Assembly: GCF_032191835.1 (NCBI RefSeq) | Contig: NC_083233.1 | Coordinates: 53,506,001-53,570,000, forward strand | Length of the DNA stretch: 64,000 nt | Origin: Heteronotia binoei | Lineage: Eukaryota | Direction: 5' to 3' | In this document: positions 58,601 through 64,000 of the stretch, piece by piece | How the letters are laid out: each line of letters starts with the position of its first letter | Numbering within the stretch: the stretch's first letter is position 1 | Program-made: the position numbers and the translations under genes | The notes under the pieces: generated by a model | Seen by the model: the letters and a program-made list of their open reading frames with translations, nothing else | Databases searched by the model: none | Told to the model about the DNA's origin: nothing

Positions 58601-61600
58601 TAGTCTACACCTACTACGACTGGAACATCTTGTACTTTAATTGTATCTTGTTTTCGTATCTGCTCTGTGGTGTAACGTAATACATCTAGGTCTTGGGTTG
58701 CTGGATGCTCTTGTCTTAACTTTGTTAATAACTCTTCTCCCTCATTTGTGTGTACATGCACGTGTATAGTTTGCAGACTGAATGTAACACTTCATACATA
58801 TAACAAAATGGCATACCCAAAAGCTTCTTACAAAATAACTATCTGATGAAGAGAGCTTCGATTCTTGGAAGCTCATATCATGAATATCTTGTTGGTCTCC
58901 AATGCTACAGGACTCAACTCTAGCTCTTCTGGTAGCTTTTCTACTGCAGACCAACCGGGCTACCCTCTGAAACTACATACAATAAATATGTTCAATTTAA
59001 GGTGATACTGGACACCTGTGTGGTGTTTTGACTGCAACTGGCAACCATGACTGCCTCTCTGGAATATGTGCTTAGGCAGCTGACTTGCACTGAGTCAGAG
59101 CAGGGGTCTCTCAAGACCATAAGAGTTCTGCTGGTTGAGACTCAAGGATAATCTTGTCAACAGTAGCCAAGCAGATGCTTCCAGAGAGGCCACCAGTAGG
59201 CCACTAAGGTGATGCCCCTCCCCTATTTGCCTCAACATAGTCTTATGAAGTGCCCAGCAGTTATTTGTTCTCATCAGCACTAATTTGACATTCACAGAAT
59301 TTCATGAACAATTCTTCTAAAATACAGGTCAGGAATATTTAGAGTTCAGGTGTCAAACAGAACGACAGTGTGATTAAACTAAGTATGTTCTTATTTTAAC
59401 TTTTTGGTATACGACTCCTAAAAATCTAGCATATCTAAATAAAGAGATTCAACCTTATTGCTGGAGAAAATGCACTAATATTGGATCATATATACACTGT
59501 TGGCTTGAATGCCCCAAAATCTTACCTTTCTGGCAGAAAATACTGAAAGAAGTTCAATTAATAACAGGACAGAAAATTAATCTCACCCCAGAATTATTAT
59601 TACTGAATTATAGAATGGCAGTCAAACACGGCAATATTATTCACAAACGTATAACATTGCTTCTATATGCAGCTAGATCTGTAATAGCTACTAATTGGGA
59701 AAAAGAAAAAACACCCTCTATTAATCTTTGGTACAAGACTATTTGGAATACATATGTTATGGCTAAATTGAATGAGCAAATGAAGCCAATATCTAATATA
59801 AAAAATCAATCTGATTTTATAGCAACTTGGCTACCAATACTAGAATATTTACACGTACATTCTGAGATACCAGATATTATAAGTATATTGCATCTCTGTT
59901 GAATTAAGAGAAATAGTTTACAGTATTATAATATGCAAGCTTTTAGTCACCATTTTATTTTATATTGTATTGATAGTTGTAATTCTGAATTGAAACTTAA
60001 TAAAATATGTTGCGGGGGGGAACTAAGTATGTTCATATGATTTGTGACTCCACTAAAGGTAAAGTGTGTTCTCGAGTCATAGCTGACTTTTGATGACCTT
60101 ATAATGTTTCACCTCATGGGGCTTTCAAGGCAAGAGATGAGCAAAGATGACTTGCAGCTGCCTTTCCCTGCAGAGTGGCCCCTGTTTCCTTGGTGGTCTC
60201 CCATCCAAGTACCAACTCTGCTCAGCTTTCAAGCGCTGATGAGATTGGGCTAGTCTGGACTACACTAGCTGTGGATTACTACAGTTATGTGAAACCATGG
60301 TTTGGTTTATTAACCAAAGGCAGTTTTAAACTCCCTGAATCTTGGTTTGTTTCTCAGAACCACCCATATTGCAGTGCATGCTGGGATAACTGCTGAGTCT
60401 GCATAGGGAAGACAGTGGAAAAAGCTAAGGGAATGAAACCAGGATTTGATTGATCCTCTTTGAGCCAAATGCCAGTTTCACAAACAAATCATAGTTAAAA
60501 TATACCATGGTCTTGTGTCATAAGAACCAAGCATTGGTGATTAATATTCTTAGTAATTCCAAATTCCTTCAGTTGATGAGACCAGATTGTTCTTTGTTTT
60601 TATAATGGATATGCTTTATAGGAAAATTAGGAACTGCCATTTAGAAATTATTTTTAGCTGGTGTTTTCTTTTACTGTAGGGGATTTTTTTTGGGGGGGGG
60701 GGTGTTCCTGTGAGGTAACAGCCAATTTGTGGTGACCCTGTAGGATTTTCAAGGGAAGAGACATTCAGAGCTGGTTTGCCATTGCCTGCCTCTGCATAGT
60801 GGCCCTGATATTCCTTGGTGGTCTCCCATCCACCTTGCTTAGCTTCTGAAATCTGATAAGATTGGGCTAGCCTGGGCTACCAAATCAGGGCTTTGTTTAC
60901 TGTAGTAAATGAAGGCAAATGTACTTAGGAAAATTACCGTAAAACTGCTGCTTAATGTGCAGTTTCCAGTTGGCATATCCATAAGCCCTTGTATTCTAAA
61001 ATTGATGTTTTCTGGAGTAGGTTACTTTTAATATATTCCCTTTCTGGTCTCATGAATCCATGAGGTATATCTCTTATTTTTTTTTTCTAAATTTCATAAC
61101 CTAACCCAGTTACATCCATCATTGATTATTGTGAGTAAAATCATCTGCTTTTGCTCCAGTTTCTAGTACTTGGATGCTATTGAGAATAATAGCTGTTTAT
61201 AGGCCCATCTTCTCTGAATTTGTCTAACTCATTTATAAAAACAAGTTCTGCTGCTGTATTGAAGAAGCATTTCATGCACTGATTGTCAGTAGCTTTCCAC
61301 GGTCTCTGGCAGAGATCTTCCTGTGTCAAGACGCCTTTGACTGGAGGCGCTGGGAAATGGACTTGTGAAGTTTTGGCCCAGGAGAAGATACCTCATTGTT
61401 AGACGAAAAGATGATCTGTCAGTTTTTCCCTTTTGTTTCCATTTGTTATGCACCACTACCAAAAACTCTCAAAATACAATGAATTTAAAAAACTGGACCC
61501 TCCCCAACTAATCCACTGAAGCTTGAGATGTTTTGGCTGTAGTAGACCCTGCATTTTGACTGTGGTCTTAACCTGGAGCTACAGCTTGTTTTTGATTTAT

Positions 61601-61842
61601 TGATGTTGTTAGAAGATGTAACAGAAGAGAGGTTGCTAATCAGTCCTTACCTGTAGATTGTGTTCCGATCCATGTGAATAAGTGCTGGGATTCCTCAGTT
61701 GACCTCTTGCTTGCCCTTTTTACTGAGATCTTTCTCTGGGTTCTTTTGCTAGGTGTTCCTGTCCATCAAAGGCATTTACTACCAGGCTGAAGTGATGGGG
61801 CAACTTGTCACCTGGATAACACCTTATGCCTTTTCTCACAAT
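52582..61842 (+). CDS. PES1: Pescadillo ribosomal biogenesis factor 1, 5' part: join(52582..52605, 53159..53238, 55705..55858, 56525..56634, 58041..58212, 61753..61842), 210 aa; gene continues beyond the window
   Basis: Spliced translation MGGLEKKK|[27 protein letters not shown]|[22 protein letters not shown]..|[15 protein letters not shown]..|[13 protein letters not shown]..|[14 protein letters not shown].. is nearly identical to vertebrate PES1. All introns GT-AG with consistent phase. Confidence 0.97.
53159..53238 (+). CDS. PES1: PES1 coding exon 2 (80 nt)
   Basis: [26 protein letters not shown]; AAG acceptor, AG|GTATGG donor. Confidence 0.95.
54498..54757 (-). mobile_element. Sauria-type SINE
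   Basis: Reverse complement of the same family. Confidence 0.8.
55390..55502 (-). mobile_element. Bov-B/RTE-type 3' tail fragment; a + strand counterpart lies at 1-80
   Basis: GAAAGCAAC.TCACCCCAGAGTC..AAA.GACT..TGCTTGCACAGGGGAC with a (CCTTT)-type tail. Confidence 0.6.
55705..55858 (+). CDS. PES1: PES1 coding exon 3 (154 nt)
   Basis: [22 protein letters not shown]; TAG acceptor, AAG|GTATTA donor. Confidence 0.95.
55993..56242 (+). mobile_element. Sauria-type SINE
   Basis: Same family, + strand. Confidence 0.8.
56525..56634 (+). CDS. PES1: PES1 coding exon 4 (110 nt)
   Basis: [36 protein letters not shown]; AG|GTGAGG donor. Confidence 0.95.
58041..58212 (+). CDS. PES1: PES1 coding exon 5 (172 nt)
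   Basis: [49 protein letters not shown]; AAG|GTCAGC donor. Confidence 0.95.
59391..60020 (+). mobile_element. 5'-truncated L1-clade LINE (ORF2 C-terminus plus 3' UTR) in PES1 intron 5
   Basis: Open ~170-codon frame with zinc-knuckle CWRKC..IHCWLEC; AATAAA near the end; 14-bp TSD AACTAAGTATGTTC (59377-59390 / 60021-60034). Confidence 0.88.
61753..61842 (+). CDS. PES1: PES1 coding exon 6 (90 nt)
   Basis: [30 protein letters not shown]; TAG acceptor, |GTGAGT donor. Confidence 0.95.
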
Positions 61843-63170
61843 GTGAGTAGCGATCATCTTATCACTTTCTGCAAGGGCAAGATTTTCCTGCAATGTTTCT
61901 TCCTAAAAAAAAGTAAGGCAGCCAACACAGGTTGTGTCAAGGCTGAGAACAGTACCAGTAATCTCCACATTCTGAGCAGAATTAACTTGGCTGGTGTGAA
62001 TGTGGTTAATGAGTCCTGTATCTTGCCAGGCTCCTGTCATTAAAACATGGATCACTTCTTGAAAATGGGCTGACTGAAGTAATATTTAACTGAGAGAGCA
62101 TAGAGCACATAGTTGCACTGGAAGGACTATACTAGTGAATCTATGCTGAGAAAGGATGTATACTTTTTACTGGTGGATCTACCCCAAGGAAGGATGCAGC
62201 CAAGCTAAGGCATTAATTTATATATAAAATAAAAACATTCATTAGCTCCCCCCCCCCAAAGCTGAAAGTCATATATAATACAGTCAAACCAACAAAATGT
62301 TCTCACGTTACAGTGACAACATGTACTTATTTGATTTGTGTGTGTGTGCACACATTAACTCTAGTGTCACATTCAACTCATCTATAGCTGACTATTTAAA
62401 TAATGACTCGATGCTTGCACAGGGGATTACCTTTACCTTTTTATCCAAATACTGCTCTTCAGTTTTATTTGTAAACTGAATGCACATTGGCTGTTTCTTA
62501 CAAAACAGATGTTTGTAGCCACATGCTAGATCTGTGTGCATTCACTCTTAACATAAATGGACTGCAAACTAGAACTAATGCCTCAGAAGCACAGAAACCA
62601 GTTTTTAAAACGGTATGAACAGTTTTAAACAACATTATTTCAAATGGCTGGGTGGACTACAGTAGCTCTCTCTAGAAGCAGCCCATTCCACAGCTTCGAG
62701 GCCCTCACTTTACAAGTCCTAGTCGACAGCTGCCTAGGTATATGAAAAAATACAAAGGGGATGCAGTTATAAAAAGTGTAGTGGCTAGCAAACATATACC
62801 AGAAGAGGTGGTCCTTTGGATATGTGGGTCCCAGGCTTACTCAAAGCAGAAGTGTCTTTAAAACTGTTTTGCAAATAGGTTTGGAAAAGTAAAACAAGTG
62901 CCCCTGTGTTTGCACACCAGTATTGGTCATTTGTGATGTATTAACAGATTGAAGGAGTGGGGAGGCCAGCCTTCTCCTCATCTGGTCATCTGGAAGTTGA
63001 TTGTTATTTGCCATAGGTGACTAGGTGGATTGCTGCTCACAAACGGTAGTGGGCTAAATGCAAACAATGTGTTTGGTAAACATCAAACTTAATCTATACA
63101 ATGGGAAGTAGCCCTGTGTGAAAGTAGCCAATACCGTTCATAGCAACTAAACAGTGCTGACACTATCTTT

Positions 63171-63491
63171 AAGGGTGATTAACATGTGGAATTCACTGTC
63201 ACAGGAGGTGGTGGCGGCTATAAGCATAGACAGCTTCAAGAGGAGATTGGATAAGCATATGGAGCAGAGGTCCATCAGTGGCTATTAGCCACAGTGTATT
63301 GTTGGAACTCTCTGTCTGGGGCAGTGATGCTCTGTATTCTTGGTGTTTGGTGGTGGGGGGCACCAGTCAGGCTTCTAGCCCCACTGGTGGACCTCCTGAT
63401 AGCACTTGGTTTTTTTGGGCCACTGTGTGACACAGAGTGTTGGACTAGATGGGCCATTGGCCAAATCCAATATGGCTTTGCTTATGTTCTT
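63171..63491 (+). mobile_element. CR1 3'-end fragment
   Basis: Near-identical to the 3' end of the 10470-12050 CR1; ends in GCTTATGTTCTTA. Confidence 0.85.
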
Positions 63492-64000
63492 AAATGGCTT
63501 TTTTAAAGGATTAGATAAATTCATAAGAGGATGGGGCTACCAGTGCCTCATGGTCATGATAATCAGAGGACACTTTTAATACCTCTGATTACCCAGTGCT
63601 TGTGGCAGGGACTTAAGGAGCAGATTATGCTGTCTTTGTGACTTCCTTCTGAACGTAGTGGTGATAAATGGCAGGCCACTGGCAAAAGGAAATGAACCAG
63701 CAATGGAAGTTCCATATTAATTCAGCATTATAGGCCATAGCTATAGAAATACTTCACAAAATGCACCTAGAATTTATTGCACTACACAGTACACAAGTCC
63801 CAGATTTCCCTCTCGCTGAATTAATGTGAGTGAACTCAATTTTTTAGCCTCTGGCTCACACATTTTTGTCTTAGCTCAGGCAGGATGGCCCCAGAGCAAA
63901 CTAGTTTATGCAGTAGCCAAATTGTTTGCTCACAACTTTAATGCCATTAGGTCACAAAGTAGAATATTTGCTGACAAGGCTCCACAGCTTAGAGGGAGCA

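Noticed and set aside
1-64000. CRISPR arrays, prokaryotic systems, snoRNA or miRNA genes
   Set aside because: Eukaryotic spliced genes throughout; no repeat-spacer array; no intronic C/D or H/ACA candidate or pre-miRNA that I could support by eye.

Overview
Vertebrate genomic DNA. The repeat content (Sauria-type SINEs, 5S-headed SINEs, CR1, L1, Penelope remnants, hAT MITEs) points to a squamate, probably a gecko; this is an inference. Three genes were reconstructed by hand with consistent splice phases, in the order known from human 22q12. SLC35E4 (-): 2 coding exons, 14891->9137, 352 aa. TCN2 (-): 9 coding exons, 45296->29975, 437-438 aa. PES1 (+): coding exons 1-6, 52582->61842, continuing beyond the window. 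The standout mobile element is an apparently intact, very young Ty3/Gypsy (Mag-like) LTR retrotransposon at 38372-42989 in TCN2 intron 2, with identical 258-bp LTRs, a TATGT TSD, an 18-nt tRNA-Ser(GCU) PBS, a PPT and one 1333-aa gag-pol ORF. I cannot support a clearly new biological system. The best unexplained structure is a ~950-bp fold-back insertion (1888-2843; ~233-bp gap-free inverted arms, 14-bp TSD) that splits a 5S-derived SINE. Other leads are a GC-AG intron in TCN2, loss of the cobalt-coordinating His in TCN2, decayed Penelope hammerhead motifs, and a multi-layer nested TE stack. All coordinates were counted by hand; degenerate repeat boundaries are approximate.
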